Shown here piece by piece: positions 27,947-37,052 of a DNA stretch of 49,984 nucleotides (position 1 is the stretch's first letter; each line of letters starts with the position of its first letter). The notes below the pieces were generated by a model. The model saw only the letters and a program-made list of their open reading frames with translations, was not told where the DNA came from and searched no databases. The stretch is taken from the NCBI GenBank assembly GCA_017560625.1, contig JAFZEP010000093.1, positions 1 through 49,984 on the forward strand, written 5' to 3'. A program made the translations under genes and the position numbers. The DNA comes from Bacteroidales bacterium (GTDB lineage Bacteria > Bacteroidota > Bacteroidia > Bacteroidales > UBA932).

Positions 27947-28807
27947 ATGAAAAGAAATCTTATATTTTTCTTCGCTGCTGTATGTACTCTTCTTGCTGCT
28001 TCTTGTGGTAGAAAGGTTGAGTATCATTTTGACAGCTATGCGACTATGTACAGCTCGGCTTGTACCGTAGCTGAGACTGTTGGCGAGATTAAGGTCCCAG
28101 TACTGATCAAGAATGCAACCGGAGCTGAGGTTCAGGTGTCTGTAAAGGTAACTGAGGGAACAGCGGAGGAGGGAGTTGACTATGAGGTAATCTCTCCAGC
28201 AAGCGGTCTCCTTACATTCTCAGGTGAGACAGACTCTCTTGCTGTTGTCATCAAGATCAACGGTTTCGAGGGTGAGTTCACTGGAACAAAGAACTTCACT
28301 GTAAACATTGCAAGCGCAACAGAGGGACTTCCTGTAGGTCTTTTCGCTCAGACAAAGGTTACAATTGACGACCTTGACCACCCACTCGCTGCATTCATCG
28401 GTCAGTGGAAGGGTGAGCTCGCAGGATACTTCGGTAACTGGCCTGCTGGCGAAACTACAATCAACGTAAAGGCTGATCCTAACGGTGACCCATTCAAGGA
28501 TCTCATCTTTGACGGCGGTATCAACCCATACTTCCTTGCAGCTGTCGGAGCAAATCCTGATTTCTCTGCAAAAGTTAATGGAAACGTTGCTACAGTACTC
28601 GCTGAGCAGCCATGCGGCTATTCAGATGTTGTTACTCTCGGTTTCAACGCAGCAGATCCAGGTGCGGCAGACTCATACGATGACATCCATTTTGAGTTGC
28701 AGGAGGACGGCACACTTAAGTTGCTCAATGCATACGGAGCTTATACACCATCAGGTGGCGGATTCTATGAAATCTACTTGGGTAACGTGGTATTTACAAA
28801 ACAGTAG
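27947..28807 (+). CDS. Surface lipoprotein with a Calx-beta-like domain
   Basis: Lipobox AASC; GTAEEGVDY...SGLLTFSG...VTIDDLD Calx-beta-like pattern. Confidence 0.7.
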   Translation: MKRNLIFFFAAVCTLLAASCGRKVEYHFDSYATMYSSACTVAETVGEIKVPVLIKNATGAEVQVSVKVTEGTAEEGVDYEVISPASGLLTFSGETDSLAVVIKINGFEGEFTGTKNFTVNIASATEGLPVGLFAQTKVTIDDLDHPLAAFIGQWKGELAGYFGNWPAGETTINVKADPNGDPFKDLIFDGGINPYFLAAVGANPDFSAKVNGNVATVLAEQPCGYSDVVTLGFNAADPGAADSYDDIHFELQEDGTLKLLNAYGAYTPSGGGFYEIYLGNVVFTKQ

Positions 28808-28829
28808 TATCTACTTACATCTATAATTG

Positions 28830-28862
28830 AGGTGAGCGGTCAATTTTGACCGCCCACCTTTT
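28830..28862 (+). terminator. Intrinsic terminator between the lipoprotein and the S8 protease
   Basis: aggtgagcggtcaa-tt-ttgaccgcccacct-ttt. Confidence 0.78.
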
Positions 28863-28883
28863 AAACATTATTAAACTGATCTT

Positions 28884-31472
28884 ATGAAGCATTGTCTTGC
28901 TGCCTTTTTTACGGCAGCTGTCTTGCTCTCTTGTACTAGAGAGGAGGTTTTACCTGTAAGCCCGGAAACTCCATCGGAGGTTCCAGGTGCTGTTGCAGAT
29001 GGTTATGTATCCGGCGAGGTCCGTGTCTATCTCAGTGAAGAACTCACAGCTATGGTTGAAGAGGCTGCTGAGTCAGGCACTATTGTGACTAAATCTGCCG
29101 GCATGAACAGCGCTCTTGAGGAGCTCGGCATCACTGAAATGACTCGTCTTTTCCCTCATGCCGGTGAGTACGAGGAGCGTACAAGAAGAGAAGGTCTGCA
29201 CAGGTGGTATGTCGTAAAATATTCACAGAGTGTTCCGCTTACAAAGGCTCAGATGAGTCTTGAGCAGGTGGAGGGCATCGATATCTTCGAGCCTGTGATG
29301 CCAGTGAAGATCAATGACTTCAATGATCCTCTTTTTTCAGATCTCTGGGGTATGTACAACGCATCAAAACCAGGATTTGATATCAATGTAAAACCTGTGT
29401 GGAACGAGTACACAACCGGAAGTTCTAAGGTTGTTGTGTCCGTTGTCGACACAGGAATCGATCTCTACCATGAGGATTTGGCTGCAAACTGTCTTGAATC
29501 AGGACACTACAATGCAGTCGACAGCAACACCTACGTTGAAGCTGGTGATCATGGTACACACGTTGCGGGAACGATAGCTGCCGTAAACAACAACGGCAAA
29601 GGTGTATCTGGCGTTGCCGGTGGTGACAAGGCTAGGGGAATCCCTGGTGTAAAGCTGATGTCTTCTCAGATTTTCGGACCTGAGGGTGCAGGTTCAGGCG
29701 GAGCAAGTGCCCGTGCGATCAAGCGTGCTGCTGATGACGGAGCCATCATTTCTCAGAACAGCTGGGGATACAACTATGACAGAGACGGTAATGGAAAGCT
29801 CGAAGGCGATGAGTATACCACTGCAATGAATGCAAGGATTTCAGCGTCTGACAAATCTGCCGTTGACTATTTTATCAAGTATGCTGGCTGTGATAATTAT
29901 GGAAATCAGCTTCCAGGCTCCCCGATGAAGGGAGGTATCGTGATCTTCGCAGCTGGTAATGATGCGATCGAGATGGGTGCTCCTGCAGAGTATGAGGCTG
30001 TTGTCGCTGTCGGTTCCATCGATTCACAGGGTAGAAAATCTTCGTTCTCCAACTATGGAAGCTGGGTTGACATCTGTGCTCCAGGATCGTCAATCATGAG
30101 TACAATGCCAGGAAGCCAGTATGGAAACCTCAGTGGTACATCAATGGCTTGTCCACACGTTTCAGGCGTGGCGGCATTGCTCGTATCTTACTTCGGTGGA
30201 GCAGGTTTCACAAACGAGATGCTCAAGGAGAAGCTTCTCAACAGTGCCAACAAGTCTATTATTCCTCAGTACTACCAGATCGGTGGTCTTGTAGACGCAT
30301 ATGGCGCATTCGTATACGGAAACGACAAAGCACCTTCTGAGGTGACAGATCTTGAGGTTTCCGGAAGAGGAAACAATATTGACCTTACATGGACAGTCCC
30401 AGCAGATGAGGACGGTAAGGCAGCCTATGGATTCCTCGTCATCTATGGAAAAGATAAGGCAAAAGTGGAGGCCGCAACTCCAAATTCACTCGCGGGCGTA
30501 GAGTACACAACATGCGCTCCTGAACTTGCTGCAGGCGAGAAGGCTCAGTTCTCGGTTACACGCGTAGACTTCGAGGCACAGTACTTCGTGAAGATGCTTG
30601 CATATTCATACGGCCGCAGCTATTCAGCTTCTACAGGTGTGTTCGAGACACATACAACTGAAAACCATGCACCTGTGATTATCGTGGAGCATGAGGGTAA
30701 TATCGCTCTGATGTCTTCAGAGACGCTTAATATTCCGGTTTCAATCTATGATCCTGATGGACATGACATCCGTATCGAGCTTAACGCAGCCTCGAATGCT
30801 GAGTCATTGTCACAGAACACTGACGGCAAGTTCCGTTTCACTATCAAGGGTTCTGCAGCAGAAATCGGTACATATGTTTCAAAGATTATTGCTGAAGACG
30901 AATACGGTCTTGCTTATGAGTGTCCTATCACTTATGTGATCAAGGAGAACTCTGCTCCTGAGAAGATCAAGGATATCGAAAATATCCTTCTTGTAAGAAA
31001 GGGACAGGAGTTGACACTCGACATGGCTGAGTATGTTTTCGATGAGGACGGCGAGCAGCTTAAGTATGACGTAGAACTCTCTAATGCAACTGTTGCCCAC
31101 CTCAACCCTAAGGGTAACACAATCTATGTGACAGCGCTTTCTTATGGTTCAGTGGATGTTACACTTACAGCAAAAGATGCTCGTAATGAGAAGGTTGTGT
31201 TCACATTCAAGGTGACTGTGAAGGATCCGTCAAAGCCTCTGTCAGTATATCCTAATCCGGTAAGGGATTATGTGAATATCGGAACGCTTGAGATGGCGGA
31301 GACTACAATTCTCATCTACAACTCTACAGGACAGGTTGTTCATGAGGAGACTTCGCAGGTTAGCGGAATCGAGCCAGCTACAATCGACATGAGAGACTGT
31401 GCTCCGGGAGTATATTCTGTAGCAGTGACATTCGGTGGTAAAGAGTATAAGCAGAACATTGTAAAACTTTAA
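28884..31472 (+). CDS. S8 subtilisin-like serine protease with a lipoprotein signal, FN3/Ig-like domains and a T9SS type-A C-terminal domain
   Basis: LLSC lipobox; triad VVDTGID / HGTHVAG / GTSMACPHVSG; oxyanion AAGN; C-terminus VYPNPV...IYNSTGQVV...PGVY...IVKL. Confidence 0.92.
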   Translation: MKHCLAAFFTAAVLLSCTREEVLPVSPETPSEVPGAVADGYVSGEVRVYLSEELTAMVEEAAESGTIVTKSAGMNSALEELGITEMTRLFPHAGEYEERTRREGLHRWYVVKYSQSVPLTKAQMSLEQVEGIDIFEPVMPVKINDFNDPLFSDLWGMYNASKPGFDINVKPVWNEYTTGSSKVVVSVVDTGIDLYHEDLAANCLESGHYNAVDSNTYVEAGDHGTHVAGTIAAVNNNGKGVSGVAGGDKARGIPGVKLMSSQIFGPEGAGSGGASARAIKRAADDGAIISQNSWGYNYDRDGNGKLEGDEYTTAMNARISASDKSAVDYFIKYAGCDNYGNQLPGSPMKGGIVIFAAGNDAIEMGAPAEYEAVVAVGSIDSQGRKSSFSNYGSWVDICAPGSSIMSTMPGSQYGNLSGTSMACPHVSGVAALLVSYFGGAGFTNEMLKEKLLNSANKSIIPQYYQIGGLVDAYGAFVYGNDKAPSEVTDLEVSGRGNNIDLTWTVPADEDGKAAYGFLVIYGKDKAKVEAATPNSLAGVEYTTCAPELAAGEKAQFSVTRVDFEAQYFVKMLAYSYGRSYSASTGVFETHTTENHAPVIIVEHEGNIALMSSETLNIPVSIYDPDGHDIRIELNAASNAESLSQNTDGKFRFTIKGSAAEIGTYVSKIIAEDEYGLAYECPITYVIKENSAPEKIKDIENILLVRKGQELTLDMAEYVFDEDGEQLKYDVELSNATVAHLNPKGNTIYVTALSYGSVDVTLTAKDARNEKVVFTFKVTVKDPSKPLSVYPNPVRDYVNIGTLEMAETTILIYNSTGQVVHEETSQVSGIEPATIDMRDCAPGVYSVAVTFGGKEYKQNIVKL

Positions 31473-31478
31473 TCGGCT

Positions 31479-32393
31479 ATGAAGAAGATCATTTATATCG
31501 TTGGAGCGCTTATGCTCCTTTTCCCTGCACTTGCAGGTGCACAGGCTTTGCCTTACACTGCAGCAGAGACTGATGCTGTGAGCCTCGGAAAGGCCGGTGC
31601 AAACCTCACCCAGACAAGTTCTGTTGCAAACGCAGCATTCTACAATGCTGCAGCAATCCCTTTCTCTGAGGATAAGTTTGATGTGTCTGCAGGCTACACA
31701 ATGTGGCAGCCGTCAGCAGTAAACACCACCATGATCAATGTCGGTGCGGCTTACAACATGAACAACAAGTTCGGTGTCGCTCTCGGAATGATGTACGGAA
31801 TGAATCCGGCTTATGACGTTATTTCGTCTACAGGAGCAGCTAAGGGACAGTTCAAACCATCAGACATGCATCTGAACCTCGGTCTTGCTTACCGTTTCCT
31901 TCCTATTCTTTCTGTCGGTGCTAATGTAGGTTACGCTTCAAGTTCTCTCGCAACTGATTATTCATATGGTGCAGTGACTGCTGACGTATTCCTCATGACT
32001 GAGATCTCTGGCTTCAAGGCTACAGTGGGAGTCGCTAATCTCGGTACAGCAGTTACTTCTGCTGACAAGAAGAAATATGCTCTTCCTGCTTCTGCAGCTC
32101 TCGGTCTTGGCTATGAGATGGATTTTGCAGAAAAGCACAATGTGAATGTCGCGTTGGATGCAGACTACTATTTCAATGGTGGACTTGCAGCGGCAGTCGG
32201 TGCTGAGTACACATTCGGCGGACTTGCAACAGTAAGAGCAGGATACCGTTATGGCGGCAACACACCAGTTCATTCCTATGCTTCTGTGGGAGCCGGTGCA
32301 AAGTTCATGGGTATCAAGCTTGATCTTGCATATCTGATCGGTTCAGGTGCAGCAAAGAATACATTGGCTATCGGAGTGGGATACTCATTCTAG
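31479..32393 (+). CDS. PorV/PorQ-like (FadL-type) outer-membrane beta-barrel
   Basis: Signal peptide; SLGKAGA...AAFYNAA plug-like motif, YALP, GAEY...RAGY, LDLAY, C-terminal GYSF; starts 6 nt after the CTD protease. Confidence 0.75.
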   Translation: MKKIIYIVGALMLLFPALAGAQALPYTAAETDAVSLGKAGANLTQTSSVANAAFYNAAAIPFSEDKFDVSAGYTMWQPSAVNTTMINVGAAYNMNNKFGVALGMMYGMNPAYDVISSTGAAKGQFKPSDMHLNLGLAYRFLPILSVGANVGYASSSLATDYSYGAVTADVFLMTEISGFKATVGVANLGTAVTSADKKKYALPASAALGLGYEMDFAEKHNVNVALDADYYFNGGLAAAVGAEYTFGGLATVRAGYRYGGNTPVHSYASVGAGAKFMGIKLDLAYLIGSGAAKNTLAIGVGYSF

Positions 32394-32415
32394 AGATTCC
32401 TCAATTAACCTATAC

Positions 32416-32456
32416 AATCGGTGGTTCGGAAAATTCCGGATCACCGATTTTTATTT
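32416..32456 (+). terminator. Intrinsic terminator
   Basis: aatcggtggttcgga-aaat-tccggatcaccgatt-tttattt. Confidence 0.82.
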
Positions 32457-32515
32457 GGCAAGAGATTTGGGTTGCGCCACCTACATCTGAAAATTAACAA
32501 GTTAAATGGTTAGTT

Positions 32516-35500
32516 ATGTGTAGGAAAATCGTAATCTCGCTTGCCGCGTTGTTGGGACTGATCTCTGCTGCGGCAGCTCAGAGTCTGGTGGTGACCGGCT
32601 CTGTCACTGACCTTGAGGGTTACCCTTTGGAGGGCGCAGCAGTCGTAGTCAAGGGCTCTGCAACCGGCACTGTCACCAATGAGGAGGGCCGTTTTGAATT
32701 CAAGGTCCCTCAAAATGCCGTCCTGGTTGTCTCGTATATAGGCTATATCTCACAGGAAAAGCCTGTCAGAGGAGAACACACCATCAATTTTATACTTACT
32801 GAAGATTCGGAGTTTCTGGATGATGTGATAGTGGTGGCTTATGGTTCGATGTCAAAGTCGGATTTCACAGGCTCTGCTGCCCAGGTAAGTGGCGATGACA
32901 TCGCTCAAGCATCTTCAGAGTCGATAGATAAGGGTATGATAGGTAAGATTTCCGGTGTGCGCATCGCATCGGACAGCGGAGATCCCGGATCTGCCGGCCA
33001 TGTTCAGATCAGAGGAGTGAGTTCCATTTCAGCTGGAACCTCTCCTCTTTATGTTGTAGATGGTGTTGTGATGTCTTCGTCTACGGAGGACGATCTGAAT
33101 GTGGGCTATAAGAGCATGGGTGTCCTTAATACGATCAATCCGGAAGATATTGAGTCTGTCACTGTGCTGAAGGACGCTGCTGCAGCTTCATTGTATGGAT
33201 CGCGTGCAGCCAATGGTGTGATCCTGATTACAACTAAGAAAGGCCGTCAGGGAAAGACTACTGTGACGTACAGCGGGGAGTTCGGACTTAGCAATATGGC
33301 CAATCAGAAGGCCTTGCAGATGATGGATGGCCCGCGGTTCATCCAATATCTCAAGGATGCCGGAGATAATGCGTACGCTATAAATCCTGCTTACTCGTAT
33401 GGATATACCGGTGCTCAGATCGCATCGATGGTGGCCGATCCAAGTGGTAAGACCAGTACTGATTGGACTAAGCAGATCTTCCGCAATGCCTTTCAGCAGA
33501 ACCATCAGATAAGTGTTTCCGCTGGTGGCGAAAAGACAAAGGTTTATGCGGGCCTTGGCTACAATAACACTGAAGGCATTGTGCTGGGCTCTTATTTTGA
33601 GCGTTTCTCGGGAAGAGTCAATGTGGACCACAAGGTGAACTCCTGGATGGATATGTCTGTGCGTCAGATGATTTCATTCACCAAGACCAAAGGCCACAGC
33701 GATCAGAGCGGGCAGTCGCAGGGAATGGGATACGCCACCCCGATAGGCGTGCTGACTCAGAGTGACCCTACAGCTGCGCCCAAGAATCCGGACGGAACCT
33801 GGAACGAGTATGTGAGCTGGAGTGGCCAGACCGGAAATCCTCATCTGCTATTTGATTCGGACACTGAGTACAACAGGACCCAGACAATGAGAAGCCTTTC
33901 AAGTCTGGAATCTACCATCAGGATCACTGATTGGCTGAGCCTTTCCAATACTCTCGGATATGATTATATAGACAACAAACAGTATCTGTGGTGGGCTCCT
34001 TCGTCGATTGACGGTGCAGCCTTGAATGGTCTGAGCGCGGTGTACATATTCCAGACTTCCGATCTGACGAACTCCTCATTGCTTCGTTACGCCGACCAAT
34101 ATGGCCCGCATTCCGTGTCTGCATTGGCTGGATTTGAGGCTGCCGATCACAGGGTGGGATACACTTATTCCGCAGCAAACAATTACCCCGGTGACAAGCT
34201 CAATGCTCTGTCGGTAGGACAGATGTACGGAGTGGGAGGCTCGCAGTCGCGCTCATTCATGGCTTCAATCCTGGCTAATGCAAACTATGATTATGCCCAT
34301 CGCTATTATGCCTCTGCTTCGTTCCGCAGGGACGGCTCATCTCGCCTTGGTCCGGACAGCAGATGGGCGAACTTCTGGTCGGTGTCTGCAGCGTGGAGGC
34401 TTAGTAGTGAGGACTTTATGTCAAGTGTCTCAAGGCTCTTCAATGACTTTAAGATAAAGGCCTCATATGGAACCAATGGCAATCTTCCGTCCGGATATTA
34501 TTCTTATAAGGGTCTGTATTCGGCGAATGGAGGTTATGGAACAGGTGCGGCCATCTATTGGAGCAATCCCGAAAACGATGCGCTCGGATGGGAGAAATCA
34601 AGAAACTTCAATGTTGGATTCGACTGGAACATGTACAACAGGATTGACCTTGCTGTGGAGTATTACAACAAGTATACAAGCTCTCTGATCTTCGACATGC
34701 CGGCTTCAGCTGTCACAGGCTTCAGCAGCTATACGTCCAATGTGGGCAATCTGTTGAATGAAGGTGTCGAGGTAGAGTTCGGTGCGCAGATAGTGAATCT
34801 GCTCAATTTCACATGGGCGATCGACATGAATTTCACATGGCAGAGGACAGTGGTGGAGAATCTTCCGAATGGTGGTGCTGACATCCCTTATGGCGACGGC
34901 AGCATGTACATCCATCGTGAAGGAGCATCGATGTACTCGTTCTATCTGCCTGTGTGGAAGGGAGTGGATCCCGAGACCGGACTCGGTGAGTTCTGGATCG
35001 ATCCTGAAGATCATTCCAAGGGCGTAACCAATTATTACTCAGAGGCCGGCAGTACTATCGTCGGCAAAGCGATGCCCGATGTGATCGGAGGCGTCACTAA
35101 CTCCATGACCTTCCTGGACGGTCTGTTTGATGCGTCTTTCCTGATCTCCTTTCAGGCGGGAGGTTCGCTCTTCGATTATCCCGGATATTTTACTCATAGT
35201 GACGGATTCCGTGCTGCATCCATGAATGCGGCCTCAGATGCTGCTGATTATTGGACTCCGGACAACACGGATGCCCTCTATCCTAAGCCGATCATGAACA
35301 ATCCGTACAGATGGGACCGCTTTTCCAGCAGACTGATCAAATCGACCGACAATGTGAGGGTGCGTGAGATTGCAGTCGGAGCGAATGTGCCCGTCAAACG
35401 CCATATTGACCGCCTCAGGATATATGCTAAAGCAACCAATCCACTGATCATCTGGTCTGCTGTTCCCGACATAGATCCGGATGTGGCGATCAATGGCTAT

Positions 35501-35560
35501 CGTACTGTAGATGTGCCTGTTACAAAGTCCTTCATCCTTGGAATCAACATCACTTTCTAA
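32516..35560 (+). CDS. susC: SusC/RagA-family TonB-dependent transporter (copy 2)
   Basis: PLYVVDG, LKDAAAASLYGSRAANGV, RRDGSSR, LGWE, C-terminal ITF. Confidence 0.96.
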   Translation: MCRKIVISLAALLGLISAAAAQSLVVTGSVTDLEGYPLEGAAVVVKGSATGTVTNEEGRFEFKVPQNAVLVVSYIGYISQEKPVRGEHTINFILTEDSEFLDDVIVVAYGSMSKSDFTGSAAQVSGDDIAQASSESIDKGMIGKISGVRIASDSGDPGSAGHVQIRGVSSISAGTSPLYVVDGVVMSSSTEDDLNVGYKSMGVLNTINPEDIESVTVLKDAAAASLYGSRAANGVILITTKKGRQGKTTVTYSGEFGLSNMANQKALQMMDGPRFIQYLKDAGDNAYAINPAYSYGYTGAQIASMVADPSGKTSTDWTKQIFRNAFQQNHQISVSAGGEKTKVYAGLGYNNTEGIVLGSYFERFSGRVNVDHKVNSWMDMSVRQMISFTKTKGHSDQSGQSQGMGYATPIGVLTQSDPTAAPKNPDGTWNEYVSWSGQTGNPHLLFDSDTEYNRTQTMRSLSSLESTIRITDWLSLSNTLGYDYIDNKQYLWWAPSSIDGAALNGLSAVYIFQTSDLTNSSLLRYADQYGPHSVSALAGFEAADHRVGYTYSAANNYPGDKLNALSVGQMYGVGGSQSRSFMASILANANYDYAHRYYASASFRRDGSSRLGPDSRWANFWSVSAAWRLSSEDFMSSVSRLFNDFKIKASYGTNGNLPSGYYSYKGLYSANGGYGTGAAIYWSNPENDALGWEKSRNFNVGFDWNMYNRIDLAVEYYNKYTSSLIFDMPASAVTGFSSYTSNVGNLLNEGVEVEFGAQIVNLLNFTWAIDMNFTWQRTVVENLPNGGADIPYGDGSMYIHREGASMYSFYLPVWKGVDPETGLGEFWIDPEDHSKGVTNYYSEAGSTIVGKAMPDVIGGVTNSMTFLDGLFDASFLISFQAGGSLFDYPGYFTHSDGFRAASMNAASDAADYWTPDNTDALYPKPIMNNPYRWDRFSSRLIKSTDNVRVREIAVGANVPVKRHIDRLRIYAKATNPLIIWSAVPDIDPDVAINGYRTVDVPVTKSFILGINITF

Positions 35561-35571
35561 AGATCTGAAAA

Positions 35572-36960
35572 ATGAAAACAATGAAATATATTTTGCCTGT
35601 GGCTGTGATGCTGTCCGGCTGCGATGCTTTGGATCAGGATCCTTCCACTTCGGTCACAGTGGACACCGCCATCACCAGTGTGGAAGACCTTTCCAACGCG
35701 GTGAACGGAGCCTATTACGTGGCAACGTACGGAACTACCATGACGGTGGCTTCGGAACTGTCCATTTATGCCGATCTTGTCGGCCCGGACTCTTATCAGC
35801 CGGCATCTTCAGGTCAGAATGCCTCGCGTCTTGCGCAGTATGCGCTGACTCCGGCCGACACCTACAACGCGTATTACTATCTTTATGCAGCCCTTGCCAG
35901 TGTCAACAATGCCATAGATAAAGCAGCAGATCTTGAAGATCAGGAGGCTGCGGCTCCTTATGTGGCGGAACTTTACGCCATGAGAGGCCTGTTCCATTTT
36001 CATCTGGCTACAGTTTTTGCTCCGATTCCAACTTCGGGAAGTTCAAACGACATGGGACTGGTGCTTGCTGATAAAGTGTTCGATATCAGCTATATAGGCG
36101 AGCGCGCATCCTTGCAGGATACCTATGCTATGATTGTCTCTGATTTTACGAAGGCGATCGGTTCAGGACTGAACATGGCCAGAAACAGTGGGCATATGAA
36201 CTATTGGGCAGCCCTTGCCTTGAGAGCGCGTGCATATCTTTACATGGGTGATTATGATGCGGCTTTGGCAGATGCAAGGCAGGTGATAGGGGAGTCTCCG
36301 TACACTCTTTATACACCTGAAAGCTACACGAGGGCCTGGTCGCAGGAAGGTGCTGATGAGGTGATCATGGAGTATCTGCAGACTGACGTGTACAATGCGC
36401 AGAGGTATGCCCCTGGCTATTATACATCTCCTTTGGGTTATTCGGAGTATGGAGTCTCTCCTGAGTTCTATGCCTGGATGCAGCAGACTCCGGAGGATGT
36501 CCGTTCGCAGATGGTGGCGGATCTGAACATTGCCCCCGATCCTGATTACAATCCGGGATTCTATCCGTTGAAATATCCTGGCAATGCCGGAGCTTCGGTG
36601 CGCACCTACACCAACAACATCAAGGTTGTCAGACTCTCTGAAATGTATCTCATCGCTGCCGAGGCTGCGTTACATGTGGGAGAGGATGCTTCGCAGTACA
36701 TCAATGCCCTACGCACCAATAGGATCGTGGGTTATGTGTCTGTGGATGAGGTGGATATGGATGATGTCATGGACGAGAGACGCAAGGAACTTTTTGCTGA
36801 AGGACATGCTGCGTTTGACTGTTGGAGGACAGGAAGGGCAGTGGTGAACGGATCGTTCACCATCGCCCCAGATGACTATAGGACAGTGCTTCCTCTCCCG
36901 GTCGAGGAGGTGGATCTTTCAGGAGGAAGATTGAAGCAGAATCCAGGTTATGGCGGTTAG
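35572..36960 (+). CDS. susD: SusD/RagB-family lipoprotein (copy 2)
   Basis: LSGC lipobox; RLSEMYLIAAEA, ERRKELFAEG and QNPGY motifs. Confidence 0.94.
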   Translation: MKTMKYILPVAVMLSGCDALDQDPSTSVTVDTAITSVEDLSNAVNGAYYVATYGTTMTVASELSIYADLVGPDSYQPASSGQNASRLAQYALTPADTYNAYYYLYAALASVNNAIDKAADLEDQEAAAPYVAELYAMRGLFHFHLATVFAPIPTSGSSNDMGLVLADKVFDISYIGERASLQDTYAMIVSDFTKAIGSGLNMARNSGHMNYWAALALRARAYLYMGDYDAALADARQVIGESPYTLYTPESYTRAWSQEGADEVIMEYLQTDVYNAQRYAPGYYTSPLGYSEYGVSPEFYAWMQQTPEDVRSQMVADLNIAPDPDYNPGFYPLKYPGNAGASVRTYTNNIKVVRLSEMYLIAAEAALHVGEDASQYINALRTNRIVGYVSVDEVDMDDVMDERRKELFAEGHAAFDCWRTGRAVVNGSFTIAPDDYRTVLPLPVEEVDLSGGRLKQNPGYGG

Positions 36961-37016
36961 GTGAAAATACCTTTGAAAATAGTTGCCGGTTGTTAGTACA
37001 TATCTGATAAAAAATG

Positions 37017-37024
37017 TATATTTG
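37017..37024 (+). promoter_or_regulatory. -7 promoter element for SusC/D module 3
   Basis: TATATTTG 28 nt upstream of ATG 37053. Confidence 0.6.
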
Positions 37025-37052
37025 TTAGATTATACTAACAACTGGCTAACTC

